A DNA stretch of 64,000 nt, taken from NCBI GenBank assembly GCA_002633005.1, contig NMRA01000069.1, positions 850,990 through 914,989 on the forward strand, written 5' to 3'. Made by a program: the position numbers and the translations under genes. Of this stretch, positions 48,701 to 60,688 are shown piece after piece. Numbering within the stretch: position 1 is the stretch's first letter; every line of letters begins with the position of its first letter. The stretch is from Phoronis australis. Its lineage: Eukaryota; Animalia; Phoronida. Below the pieces are notes generated by a model. That model saw only the letters and a list, made by a program, of their open reading frames with translations, was not told the DNA's origin and made no database searches.

Positions 48701-51700
48701 AAACCTGCTTGGCCCAGAGTCACTTGGAATAGGCGGCACCTCGGGTATGTAACATGCACTGGTCAACCAGGTTTTATTGTTGGTTACGATGTATTCTATG
48801 TGTTGATTACATTTAACAAAACTACTAAATTCAAAATGGGTCTAAATGGCTTTGTTTGGCCTGAGCACTTCTTTTAATTCTGCGAACAGGCCTTTTTGGT
48901 AGGATTGTTGTTTCTAAGTCACCTGTTTAGAAAAAGTACTGGCTGTCGAATGGTCCATCCAGTATGGCAGGTGTTAACAGAAAAGCGACGGATAACCATG
49001 ATTCTCATTTTTCATTTTGAAAAATGAAAGACGTTGCTTGAAAATAACCAATCGAAAATAAAAACTCTTGAAGGACATTCCTCAAAAAAATAACTGAAAT
49101 TAGGGATCTGTTTTGTGACAAATGTGATAAAAACTGGTTCGGCCAAAAATTTGTTTCTTTTCTTTGTCGTCTTGTTTTGAAACCCTTTGCTCACCCACTA
49201 AGTAAAATGTAATCATTGATATCAGCCAAGGTTTCGCTTTTTTAAAAGCTGTACAAAAGCACGTAAACAAGGGTAAACAAGGTTTGAAATGCTATGGTTT
49301 GTCAAGTTACTGGTAATAAATTGCACACCAATTTTGCTCATCTCAGTAGATTTTTTTTGAAAACATGAGCAACTAAAAAATACCACACCACCAGCCTAAT
49401 TTTCAAAAAAAAGAAGGCGCGTTTTGACTGAAAGCCAGTTTAAACATGAAAGTCAACTACAGAACAAATTATACAAAGGGGTTAGTCAGAAAAGTCTGAC
49501 TCTGCAAACAGTACAAGTTAAAATTGGTTATAACCAGTTAGAACTGGTTTAAAAGCCGAAAAATCGGGACCAATTACAAAGATATGAGTGGAAGACTACA
49601 GGTAGGAACTAGTCACAGCCGGTTACTGCCAGTTACAATAGAGTCGTCCTGGATTACAGTGATATTCGAATTTCGCTGTATTTACCCATAATGCCGTAAA
49701 CATCCGTCAGGTACATATGCTGCTTTGTTTTCATGCCACTGTTATTTGTTGTTGACTGATTCTTAACAAGTTTTTCTTCTTTGCATTACTCTGTTTGTTC
49801 TTCCATTGCCAATGAAGTATTACATAACTGCTGTGCTGCGCGCTGCAGTTCCAACATGAGAAAGTTTGATGGATACATGATCTGAAGTTCTTCGCCTTCC
49901 CAATATTAGTGAGGGACACGAAAATGTGCTGATTTTCAAAACGAGGTTATGCACTTTCTTATTTCCGGGACAAAGGAGAGTTCTACCACCATGTAATCCG
50001 TAACGACCCTATTGGGCTTACATTGATTTCTTTAAGAGCAATTCAGAATAAAATATTTTTTTGAAGTTGTCGTGTTTGTCCCTTCAAATGAACGATTGAT
50101 TTATCTGCTGCAGTTTGGAAACATGCACTAGTGGTTGTCAAAAACTTGCAACTGAGCTTAGTTGACATCAATACATTATGATGGGAAAAATATCGTTTTT
50201 AGAAAGTTTTAGAAATTTGCACCTTTGGCAATTTTTTTGAGTCACCTGAAATGATTATTTTTCAGACCACCATGTAAGCCTGCCCGTTGATTCACATCCT
50301 GTTACATCTGGTCAACATGTCTCTGGTGATCCACATCATGTAGCATCTGCCGGACATCACATTCCAGTTGATTCACATGGCTTTATTTCAACTGGACATC
50401 ACATCTCAACTGATTCACATGGTGTCACATCTGCCGGACATCACATTCCAATTGATTCACATGGCTTGATTTCAACTGGACATCACATCTCAACTGATTC
50501 ACATGGTGTCACGTCTGCGGGACATCACATTCCAGTTGATTCACATGGCTTGATTTCAACTGGACATCACATCTCAACTGATTCACATGGTGTCACATCT
50601 GCGGGACATCACATTCCAGTTGATTCACATGGCTTGATTTCAACTGGACATCACATCTCAACTGATTCACATGGTGTCACGTCTGCGGGACATCACATTC
50701 CAGTTGATTCACATGGTTTGATTTCAACTGGACATCATGTCTCAACTGATTCACATGGTGTCACATCTGCTGGACATCACATTCCAGTTGATTCACATGG
50801 TTTGATTTCAACTGGACATCACGTCTCAACTGATTCACATGGTGTCACATCTGCCGGACATCACATTCCAATTGATTCAAATGGTATGATGTCTCCTGGA
50901 CACCATGCCCTAGTCAATTCACATGGTATGATACCATCCGGACATCATATCCCAGTCGCACCTACCAATCACATTTCATCCGAATTTCTGGCTGGAGGTG
51001 ATGGCCACCACGTGCCGGTGACCGGTCACTCCGCTCTTTATGATAATCACCATATGCCGCAAACTAGCGCTCACGTACCATCAAGCGAGCATCACACTTT
51101 CCCTCTCAATAGTCACACTGGCAGTGGTGATCACACCACCATTCTGTCTCACGGCGCTCTCGATGGTCATCATAGTGATGTGACTGGCCACCATGGTCTT
51201 GCTTTCGGTACCATCAACCAAGGCTACACTGATGGTCATCACGGTGTCCCTGACCAGCATGGGATTTCTTCACATGGGATCAGTCTGGAGGATATTGGGC
51301 TTACAGCAGACTCGCATGGAATCTCTGAAGTATTGGCTCACGAAAATGGAGTTGGCAATGTTGGACATCATGGCGTGGAGCCTCATCATGGTGAGATTTC
51401 ACTCGTGGGATCCTCCAACGAATTTTTGGGCACAACGTCTCTGTCCAACAATGGCTACAGTTTAACGCCAGAACAACTGGGTCTGTCTGGATCTGGCATC
51501 GTAGACAGCGACACCAGTCTTGCCTTTGACACGACCATGACGCCAAGTCGCAATGGACACTTCCTGGAAACCTCGCAGATTATCCCTGTCGATGTACTTG
51601 GCCTTGATAGCGAGGCTCAAGATGGAAATGTAAGCAGTACATCTACTGTTGAGCAGCAACCCATAACTGAGGTTGATTTGAAAAAACCTAAGTCAGCTGT

Positions 51701-54700
51701 GTCGGGTAGTTCATCGAGTGTTAACGCCTCAAAACCAGTGACAAAAAAACAGCTGACAGCTGCATTAGACTCCCTTCCGTCAGACACTGGAAAACCGAAG
51801 GATTTGAAAGCCATTGTTCAAGAACTCAATAGTGATCCGACTAATTCCAACCATACTGAAAAGGAGTCTTCTTTGATTAGTGCTATAAAACATCAGAATC
51901 CCTCCAAGACCAGCTTTAAAGATTTGCTGGATGGAGGCAGGTCTGAGGTGCAGGCGGATGCTGGCTCGGTATCACAAGACGATATCGTAGATTTGCTGGA
52001 GGCAGTCGACAGGAATGCTCTGCTTCGGAAACATGCCGACACGTTGCTGTGTCTGTTGTCTGTGGATGATGAGGAACAACTGGGTAAAACTCTAGTCACC
52101 GTGTGCAAGTTGGCAGCGTTCACCAAAAACCAGGTGGGTATTTGGTTGGAGAGTGTGTTCTTTTGGTGGCTGAGCTGTTCAGATACGTTGCTGATATAGT
52201 TTCTTGTTCTGGCAAAACTTGTGTACATTAGTTCTCAAAAAAGTTGACAAACCTCGTTGAAATTCGTCTGGCTTTGTCGAAGTTACTTGTAAAATTCAAA
52301 CAGAATCCAGGTGAAAAGTAACACCCTGTCATTCAATGTTGTCCAAATTTTGTTCTGCAAGCTGGCCATTCTTCAACTTGACTGTTTTGTTTTCGAAATC
52401 TTCTATATCGAGGTGGGCTTGCTCTTCCCTCACAAGTATTGCTACAGCAATTGATTTTCCTTATCCTAACATTTTCTTCTCATTCATGGCAATTTTCTCA
52501 TGATGCCCAAATTCATTCTTTGCTAACCACTGTTGTACCTAGTTTTAGTATTCAGAGTTTTGACACTTTGTATCAAAACACATGATGAGAAAACCTGGTG
52601 GAAGTAGAAATGAGTCTTCAGAAGAAAAGAAACGTGCTGCATGCGATTGGACACCTTGTGAGAAAAAGTTGCAGTGAGAACTTCCTATACTGACTAAAAA
52701 CATGTCTTCATTTCACCACTTCATAACACTACCTTAAGCTCAAAGCTGTGTTGCGTAGATGCTAGAATTTCGCAAGTAAATGTAGTCTGATCATGTGCAC
52801 GCTCACAATACATGACTATATCTCGTGAAGTTTTGTGAGGTGGTTACATCTAACACACATAAAAAACAGTGCAGGTGGCCTGATGTGATTTACCGTGCAT
52901 CAGACGTGCGCAGGCCTCATGGTTGGGCCCATTGCACAAAACACCTTAGCTAAAGCACGAGAGCCCAGTTGTGGTTCTTCTTGAAGGAAGTTTTCAAGTC
53001 TGCCCGTCTCCTTTAAGAAAATGGACAGATGTTTCCATTTGTTGCTCTGCTTTATATGTTGTAGGCATGTAACAGTGCTATCCAGTAGGTTGCTCCATAG
53101 CCTATAAAAAGCTGGGCAAGACTCTATCAGGTGTTTGGGAGATTCTATGTCAGCACCACACTCGGAACACACTGGGCTCCCCATATACCCAGTAATGTGT
53201 CTGTGTCAGGCTAGGTTACAATGGACTGTCAAAATTTGAATCATGTGTCTTATGCCCCATCTATTTAGACTCAAAAGGTTTTTTGAACCTTTTGGTTTGA
53301 TCACATTGGGAAAATTCTCCTTGGTCTCTGCAGGAATTAAGTTATGCCCACTGGGCTGCTGACTGGGTATGTGCCCAGTTGTATGTCTGTGACACATAGC
53401 CAAGGGTAACTTCGTAAGAAAAATACTAGGGCAAGTTAAAAGGCTTTTGTAATTGACCTATCGCAAGCTCCGCCATCTTGCAAACAGTCGGCAAACAATA
53501 AGTTTTACCCGGCAACATGTTTGTCGGGTAAAAGAGCGGCTTGGAAATGAAGGTGTGTCAAAAATGCTGTTTTCTGATTGGTCAGTTAAGCCGTCAGTCA
53601 AAATCCTGGCGATAGGTCAGTTACCACAGTATGCGCTTGAGTCGCTCAGTGTAGTCATCATAATTCCAAAATTACCAAAAACCAATCTATGGCAATTCTC
53701 CACCTGGTGTGCACAAAAATAATTACCAAAGTTATCATTTTCCATTTTTTAAATGCACTATTCTTAAATATGCACGTCTAGCATTTGGTTATTAAGTTTG
53801 CACTACTTGTCTTTGATAAGTTACTGTAGTAAAATGTCAATTACGGTAGAGGATTGCCGTACCGCAATAAACTCTTTTAAGACAATGAACATTATGTTAG
53901 TTGAGTTGAGTTATGAAGTGTTATCGATCCCTGCAGTAAGAAACCACATTCAGGCACCTGTCTGGAAGTGATTCATTTTTGTTCTGATTTCCATTAAGAT
54001 AAAAGCTGCAACTTCAAAACAGCTGAATGAAAGGTCAATGAGATTCTTCAAATATCTTACATGGATAATTTTTTTCTATTTGTGACCTGGTTATTAAGCT
54101 TGGCGTGGTGGTTGTCGTTGACCAACTGCTGTGTTTTTCTAAAGATGACCTCATGCAATGCCACATTGGCGTGCTAGTCGTCACGTCTTATGTAAGTCCT
54201 TCACTTTCGTTGGAAAGGTTTATGTGCCCATTTTTCATAAGGGGTTTATGAAAAGAATATGAATTTGGAAAACTGTAACATTGTTTTTGAGATTCCGTAT
54301 CAAATGAAATTTGGTCCATCACATTATTGATTTATTGTTGGCGTTCACAGCAATATTTAGTTGAAGCCCTTGAGACTTGAAAAAGGGCAATTGTGTTAAT
54401 TATTTTGAGATTTTTACTGTATTTTATGTGTAGCGACACTGAACTCAACAGTCAGTCTAGAAGACAGTCTACTTTATTGTCCCTGGGTGTCATAGTGGCA
54501 TTTGCAGTAATTTGTTCTCTACCTCCCAGTGTGCATTAGATAAAAATTTTCTTGATAAACTGTTTAACAGGTTCATTAGCGTAATCGCACTCATCCGCTG
54601 CTTTTAGCATACTCTAATTATTGCTCCCATCACGAGTTGGTGCACAGCAGGGAGCAGTATTCTTGTCCTTATATCAGGGCGCGTTGTTGAATGGATGTCT

Positions 54701-57700
54701 CAAGAAAGAATACTTAATAATTTTGTTTCTGTGTTGTACCATGGTGTAGGTGACCTTGTCGTCATTTTCAAGGTTTTGGGAAACATTGGCGCTTTACTTT
54801 GTACCTAGGTTTAAGTGGGACAACTCCAGGCTCAGTTGATTTTGGTGACCTTGACATGATTTTCAAGGGTTTAATGCTACTTTAAGCCTTAGCATTTTGC
54901 CACTTAATGTTAATTTTACTGTTCTCCATAGTTCTAAATATTTAGTGGTAATTTAATTTCACTCGCTAGAATGTTGAGTCTTCAAATTTGAACTGGAAGT
55001 TTGGCTACCGGTATTTACGAAAGTAAAGGTTCGTATTTATTCACTCCTTAGATAATTTTCATAATAGTCATTTCAGCGGTCCCGCATTTGAGAACCAGTT
55101 TTCTCCACTGAATAACAGGCATCAAACTGGTTATCAAAAGTGGCCATTGTTCATTGGTTGTATTCCTTTGGTGCATAATGCGGCATTGCAGAAATAAACA
55201 GCAGTCATAATGCAACATTGAAAGTTAGGATTTGTTGTTGGATGATTTTTGAAACGAAGATTATTGTTGATGCCAGACTTGTGTAATCCCGACTGACAAA
55301 TAGCTAGTAATTAGTGAATTGGCGTCTAGTCAGCATACTGAGTATATGGCAAAGGAAGGGGTTGATGACTGACTTGCATTTTGAAAATTTACTGACAAGG
55401 TTGGTAAAAAATAATCTGACCCTAGAAACATGTATAATTGGTTAACTTTGGAAAGTCGTGTCTAAGAGTATTGGCTGTGCAGCTCCATATGAATCTTACT
55501 GATACTATGCTATGTGGACTGTTCTCCAAATGCCTTTTTAAAAATGTTTTGCATTTGCATCAAAAAATAGAAGATTGATAGTATTTATCATAAAAACATC
55601 AAGAGTTGCATAAATCAAAAACGAAATTATAATTTAGAATACTAACAGTGTGTTTGAGATTTAAAGTTGAACATCTGTATTAAATTTGGTCATCTTATTG
55701 ATGTCGCTGTTTCAAAATGTACACTTTAACTTTCTTTTTTGATAAGTTTTACTAATGACATGTTGGTATAAAATCAAAAATCAAATTCTATAGCCTTTCT
55801 ACTTCCAAGAATACTTTTACTCAGAGTCAAAATGTTTAGTTTCATAGGAATTGGGCTAAATACAAACACTTGTCGATAAGGCTTTCATAACATTTTAATA
55901 GTTCTTGAGACTGGTGTTTATGTGGTAGAGGGCTGCCCATCATTGTTTATAGCACATAATGTCTCCCATGTAGTGTACATCTTGAATAGTGTGGAATCAT
56001 TACACATGAATTCTGTTACGATAATATATTGTTGTTGTTTTTAATGTCATTATTGGTATAGGTACTGCTACTGTGTCAACTTATAAAGAAAAAAATGTAA
56101 GTATAGACATCTGTATCTGATCTTGCCACAGTTAGGTGATAAATCTCTCATACCCTGGATGGCCCTCCATGAAGTTTAATTTCCATCCGAGACCTGCCCA
56201 TTTCCATTTTTGGATGGATTTGATTACAGCTGTTCCTTGGTGGCATGTTTATGCCCCGGTTACATCTATCAAGCTGGTAGATTTTCAGAAAGTTCGGCAA
56301 GACAATGTTTCTGTCAAGGACAAGAGGGTGCCTACCTTTTGTGGACGAATCCGACTTGAGTGCGAATTATTGCTATTTTAGGACATCCTGCGTGAAGCTG
56401 GGATTATCAACAGACTCTCAGTCCTTCTGCGTCAGCGAATCGGAGACGTTCGCCTCCCAGACAGGCAGGACACTGTTCGTCACGTGTCCAATTGCATCAA
56501 TAACCTCGCCGGCAATGAACAGAATCAGAAAGTCATGCAGGTAGGTTGCTAATTCCGTATGTCATTCAACTTCTACATTAAGGTAAAATCTTACAATTTT
56601 GGAAAAACATTGTTGCTGAAATTACCCCTTTTCACTTTGCAAGTGTAGCATTGTTGTGAATGTGAAACATCTCTCATGGTACTGTAATTTTTCACCTATT
56701 TAGCACAAAATTTTACTGACTGTTGAAATTTAATTTTGCCAGTTTTCTCAATAACAATAAAGATGAAGAAAATTTTAATCAGTTGTTAGCTTTTTGTGTT
56801 ATGTAGATGTCACAAAACAGCATTTGGTTAGGTTTCCATAATTTTCACCAATGTAATGTCGGCCTTAATTGAAAAAATGGAAAATTACAAGTTGGGCAAT
56901 CATTTTTGAGCAAAGTTATTGAAGGTCTACCGTTAGCTGTTGGTCACAACTCAACACAGAAAAGCGTTTAATTTGGGGCTGCGTATGAATCGTGAAAAGT
57001 ATGGGGAGGCAAAAGTTCACTTGTTGGCCATATTGTGTTCTAAATTGATAAGAGCTCAGTGTTGCTCAGTATGTAATGGAAGCTAAGAGACATTTCAACA
57101 GTAATTTAATAAACCTTTGCGTTACGAAGATATCGTAATATCGCATTCGTCCGGGTTCTTCGGGGCATTTAAATTGAGAAACTTGCGTTTAGTCTACTGC
57201 AACATCATAACATAGGCATTGAAAAGTGAAATGTATAGTGGACTATTCTTGGATGGGTGTAGTGAAACTACGGCATTCACGTTGACTGATACAGTACTTA
57301 TTATTGTTATGTTGGACTCTACGGTCTAGTCTCTCATTCATCCAAATATCTACAAAAGTATTGAGATTAACTCGGTAACGGTTTATATTTTCTCTGGGTA
57401 GAAAGCTGTAGAATGTAATTTTTCACCCTGTACCAATCTGCCATTAATTGGGTCATGTGACCACGTCTTTTTAGTAAATTAACTCAAAAGGAAATTAAGG
57501 CTCATTCATAGCAAAATAACAGTATCAAGAACTTGACCAAATGTCATTTGATGCAAATATCCATGGCTAAATCTCAAAAGCTCTAATTTCTTGCTACATT
57601 TTTCTGAATTCTCATTTCGTTAAAAAATCACTAAGTCCTATTTTTGGACAGCCTCATCCAAAAGTGGAACATTTAGTTTAAAAACAATTTCTCGCATCGT

Positions 57701-60688
57701 TTTAGAGAACTAGGCATTAAGCAGAGTATCTGACTGTTTCATGTGAATCCATTCAGCCGTTTCTGAGATATGATGTTCCAAAGTTAGGCAAATTTTGACT
57801 TTCTTTTAGTGCCTTTAATCGATGTTTTAACTGGGGCAGTTCTATCTTGGGGTTACAAGGAGACTGTAACAAAAAAATTTCTATTTCTGTTCCTGTTGCT
57901 GTCTCGGCCATGCATCGCATGGTTGTGTGTTCCTCGATGTTGCTATGGAATTCTAGAAAATGACCTTTAAAGCTACACGCTGTGAAAAGTTCAAATATCA
58001 GCAATTTGAGATTAGAATAAATTGAATTCGTGGCAGCTTGTCTAGTCGCAAGTGGAAGCAATGACCTCCATCAGTTGCACAAAATTTTGTAAGATTTGAA
58101 CTGATAAATGTCCGCATTAAAAGTATATGGAAAAATCTCATTAATTTCAGACAAATTTTAAAAAAGTAATTGCCGAAATGACTCTTTCTTCATTTTTCAC
58201 CTGCTTCCAATGTTGTTGTGAATGGTCGCATTCTTTCAAAACATCGCCTAATGGCAGGTATGGTTTAAAAACATTTATTTGATGCACGATATGTCTCATG
58301 GAAAAATGAGCCATCAAATTTCACCTGTCTGCCATATGTCCTAAGGTAGTCAGATTTTACCGTAATGTGGTATCCACGCTGTACTGTATCCACGCTGTAC
58401 TGTATCCACGCTGTACTGTATCCACGCTGTACTGTATCCACGCTGTACTGTATCCACGCTGTACTGTATCCACGCTGTACTGTATCCACACTGTACTGTA
58501 TCTCTCCCCCAAAAGTGTTAATTTCAATTACACCATTACACCTTGATACAGTTTTGAAAGCTATATCTTTAAAATAGCAAGAAGATATTTCCAAGAAGGG
58601 ACAGCATCCACACTGTACTGTATCTCCTCTCACCAAAAATGTTAATTTCAATATTGATTTCCTTTTACACCTTAAAATAGTAGGAAGTTATTTCTGGGAA
58701 GAGGCAACTAGTTAAAGCACGATATTTGATCTCTTTCCCAAAGTTACTTTTTCATTGAAGAGAAAGGAGATGGTTAGTGAAATTTGTTCTAATGAATTGT
58801 ACCAGTGATCTCTTCCTATGACATTCAATAGGGGCATGTCAATATCAGTGAATGCCATCACAATTACCCAGTTCAGTGGGGGGCTGTGGTCAATAACAAT
58901 GTCATTAGCATATCAGATTTGCATACTGTAATGGTAATGTCGTCATGGCACTGGGTATTCTCAAAGTGTTGCAATGTTCCCGTTGATGAGTCACGGCAAT
59001 GTTAAACCAGTTGAAGATTTTTTGTCATATTTTTAACATTGGGGAGAAGCAATTAGGCGAAATGCTTTGTTTTTTGTTGCCGGGTTAATGATGTTGAAAT
59101 TATGGGCTATTGGCAAGCTGTGGCTCTCTGTCTCTCCCTGAAGCGTGTGTTTTGCACACTTATGGAAATAGCAATTATTGTAAATGATGTGTGCCCTAAT
59201 GCTGTTACTGCACATGATAGGTTTAGTTTTCAAGCTCTAGTGTTCTAGTGCCAAAGTTCAAAACTAGTCGTATTAAAGGCTGAATTAAAATGTTTCAACA
59301 TATGAAAGTGGATTAAAATGACTACTAAAATTGTTATTGTTTTGTTTCTTAGATGAAAGACACACTCCACATCTCATTTCTTATCTTATTGACATGAATT
59401 TGCATAATATGTATTCTGTCAATAGCTTCACCTTGATGGTCTTGGTTTAGTCAGATGCAACGTGGCACTTTGGCAGCCATTTCACTCTTTGCAGAGTCAT
59501 ATCTGCATTGTGCATTGTCTGAGGAAGTATCCTTCTGAAATTGGTGTTTGGATGGAATTAGCCTCCCGTTTTCGCTTTAACTTACCATTTTCGAGGTATT
59601 TGAGATTTTCTGGTGACTGAGCTTTTTTGACTGATTCATCACTGCTCTTGTTTTGGTTTACCGTCCACTGTACTGTTTCTTAATCATTTTTATCCTGATC
59701 ATCCTGGATAAAATAAATGAATAAATATAGGTGTAAAACCTATGGTTCTTTTTCGCAGGATTGCATAATGGCTCTGATAGACATCACGAACAACCTGGAC
59801 ATGTACAATGAATCTGTCCAGATCTCTGCACTCCAGGCACTCACGAACATCTCTAACCTTGAGGTTCACCACAGCAGGTTCACTCGGATAATTCGGAAAC
59901 TCTACGCTTTGGTTGATAACGGCTCAGAGCCGGTGCGTCTCCAAGCTCTGAAGGTTCTTGCCAACCTCTCGGCCAATCAGGAATCCGTACTGCACCTCTT
60001 GGCTGCTGGGGTAAGTGCCATAATTTGTAAACATTTGATTGCTTGGATCTCTTTTCTTGTTGGATGTGGAACTTAATCTAAGTGGATTTAGGTGGGAACA
60101 GAGGACCTGGCGCCCCCTTTTGACACAAAGAACTCGGGTGATTTAGGGTTCGCGGAGACATTTTTCCTTTGAGAGGTGTCGTAACATTAAGCGGTGCCGA
60201 ATGTGGAGAAACGTAACAAATCTTTAAAAGTGCTTTATGTAGTGAAATAATCCACTTGCAGACGAAGTCGACTTGTTGTGTATGCACAAAAACCAGCGTG
60301 ACATTGTTTGATTTTGTCAAAGTCGTTCTTAAAAGTGACTCTTGAAAGCACTCTGACTAATTGTTTTTCGTTTCAGTCGCCCAAGTGTAGCATTGAGCTC
60401 CTGGATCTAGATACACCCGCTGAGTTGATGCTTCGATGGGTGACAGTTCTGGCCAACGTCATCGAGACCGTGAAGTCACGTGGCATAACGCTTGAATCGC
60501 TGCCCACGTACGATAGAGCTCCGTCTCCAGAGACTCTTTATCAAATCATTTACGGCCACAGCCAAGCTCATGAGCTACGTAATCTTTTAGTTACTCTTTC
60601 CATCAATGTTAGCGATGCCACCATTCGGCAACTGGTCAACAAGATCCTGTCAAATTGGTCACTGTCGGCCAAACATTCTGATGTGTGA
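27589..60688 (+). CDS. ARMC10: ARMC10/ARMCX-family armadillo (Arm_2) protein with N-terminal TM anchor and a large His-rich insertion, ~1046 aa; exons 27589-27718, 42988-43077, 48415-48744, 50266-52133, 56382-56540, 59759-60010, 60377-60688
   Basis: N-terminal TM IAALVALIAGIVYVSY followed by R. The C-terminal part LAAFTKNQDILREAG..NCINNLAGNEQNQ..VQISALQALTNIS..LQALKVLANLSAN resembles ARMC10 as recalled (NAAFSVNQAIIRELG..ALNNLSVNVENQ..VQLAGLTLLTNMT..VLKLLLNLSEN). Intron phases 1,1,1,0,0,0 join to a 3141-nt open frame. Linkage of the first exons to the rest is inferred. Confidence 0.8.
27944..28574. mobile_element. Nested MITE with ~220-bp TIRs and an 8-bp TSD (hAT- or P-like)
   Basis: Termini CACAGGCGTCCTCAGCT...AGCTGAGGACGCCTGTG; GTTACAAA duplicated at 27936-27943 and 28575-28582. 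Confidence 0.88.
28651..31168. mobile_element. Nested unclassified non-autonomous DNA element
   Basis: Short TIR GGCAATT(C/G)CAT...ATGCAATTGCC; recurrent subterminal (C/T)GTCC(G/A)TCAC motifs near both ends; host TIR sequence resumes after it. Confidence 0.55.
35071..41023 (+). repeat. Near-identical tandem duplication (35071-37823 and 37825-41023) joined at an N
   Basis: Both copies start ACTTTGCCCACTTTACACC and end CGACTCAACAAA. A single N at 37824 sits exactly at the junction. Copy 2 has extra segments at ~39575-39706 and ~40371-40684. Confidence 0.92.
39686..39870 (+). pseudogene. Frameshifted THAP zinc-finger remnant (transposon-derived)
   Basis: MPFCIAFGCTN, frameshift, then ...LLLKKPSLLAKWLNAMKVKNLPVSEHSHVCGDHF gives the C2CH THAP signature (CxxxxC...W...VCxxHF). 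A truncated copy lies at ~36818-36975. Confidence 0.7.
42988..43077 (+). CDS. ARMC10-like candidate Lys-rich cassette exon (90 nt)
   Basis: TTTGTTTCCAG acceptor; EKKKKKNGDKKKDENGDGDGQSREKPETRL; donor TGG|GTAAAT; symmetric phase 1. Confidence 0.6.
43708..44148. mobile_element. MITE, possibly PIF/Harbinger-type
   Basis: TIR CCGGTTGCATGAAACAGTCCCAAATAGGGACT..CCCTAAGTCT at 43719 with its reverse complement ending at ~44145; the left end begins GGGCCC. Confidence 0.75.
48415..48744 (+). CDS. ARMC10: ARMC10-like exon (330 nt, disordered, LIR-like motifs)
   Basis: TTTATTTCAG acceptor; open frame DLSQSWEKVERPSEEGGFEMV...; donor CGG|GTATGT; symmetric phase 1. Confidence 0.75.
50266..52133 (+). CDS. 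ARMC10: ARMC10-like giant exon (1868 nt): His-rich repeats, Ser-rich linker and start of the armadillo domain
   Basis: TTTTTCAG acceptor; in frame with ORF 50466-52199; ends LAAFTKNQ with donor CAG|GTGGGT. Confidence 0.85.
50346..50933 (+). repeat. Coding minisatellite: 84-bp unit (two 42-bp subunits), 6 near-perfect copies plus 1 degenerate
   Basis: Unit encodes SAGHHIPVDSHGLISTGHHISTDSHGVT; units start at 50346, 50430, 50514, 50598, 50682, 50766 and 50850. Confidence 0.95.
52900..53310 (-). mobile_element. 3' remnant of a non-LTR retrotransposon (I/LOA/R1-type C-terminal CCHC knuckle)
   Basis: ILTVHCNLA*HRHITGYMGSPVCSECGADIESPKHLIESCPAF fits the LTGH..Cx2Cx8Hx4C pattern; contains an in-frame stop. 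Confidence 0.7.
56382..56540 (+). CDS. ARMC10: ARMC10-like armadillo exon
   Basis: DILREAGIINRLSVLL...NCINNLAGNEQNQKVMQ; TTTTAG acceptor; donor CAG|GTAGGT. Confidence 0.88.
58371..58502 (+). repeat. 16-bp minisatellite, 8 copies
   Basis: (TATCCACGCTGTACTG)n; a further partial copy with flank at ~58606-58655. Confidence 0.95.
59759..60010 (+). CDS. ARMC10: ARMC10-like armadillo exon
   Basis: DCIMALIDIT...VQISALQALTNISN...LQALKVLANLSANQESVLHLLAAG; donor GGG|GTAAGT. Confidence 0.9.
60377..60688 (+). CDS. ARMC10: ARMC10-like last coding exon
   Basis: SPKCSIELLDLDTPAELMLRWVTVLANV...; TGA stop at 60686-60688. Confidence 0.88.
   Translation, partial: SPKCSIELLDLDTPAELMLRWVTVLANVIETVKSRGITLESLPTYDRAPSPETLYQIIYGHSQAHELRNLLVTLSINVSDATIRQLVNKILSNWSLSAKHSDV

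Noticed and set aside
50466-52199. Stand-alone 577-aa His-rich gene as listed in the ORF track
   Set aside because: It starts at TTG, the frame is open upstream to a splice acceptor at 50265, and a donor at 52134 joins it to the armadillo exons. It is an internal exon.
58265-58651. Repetitive ORFs on both strands
   Set aside because: By-products of the 16-bp minisatellite in an intron.
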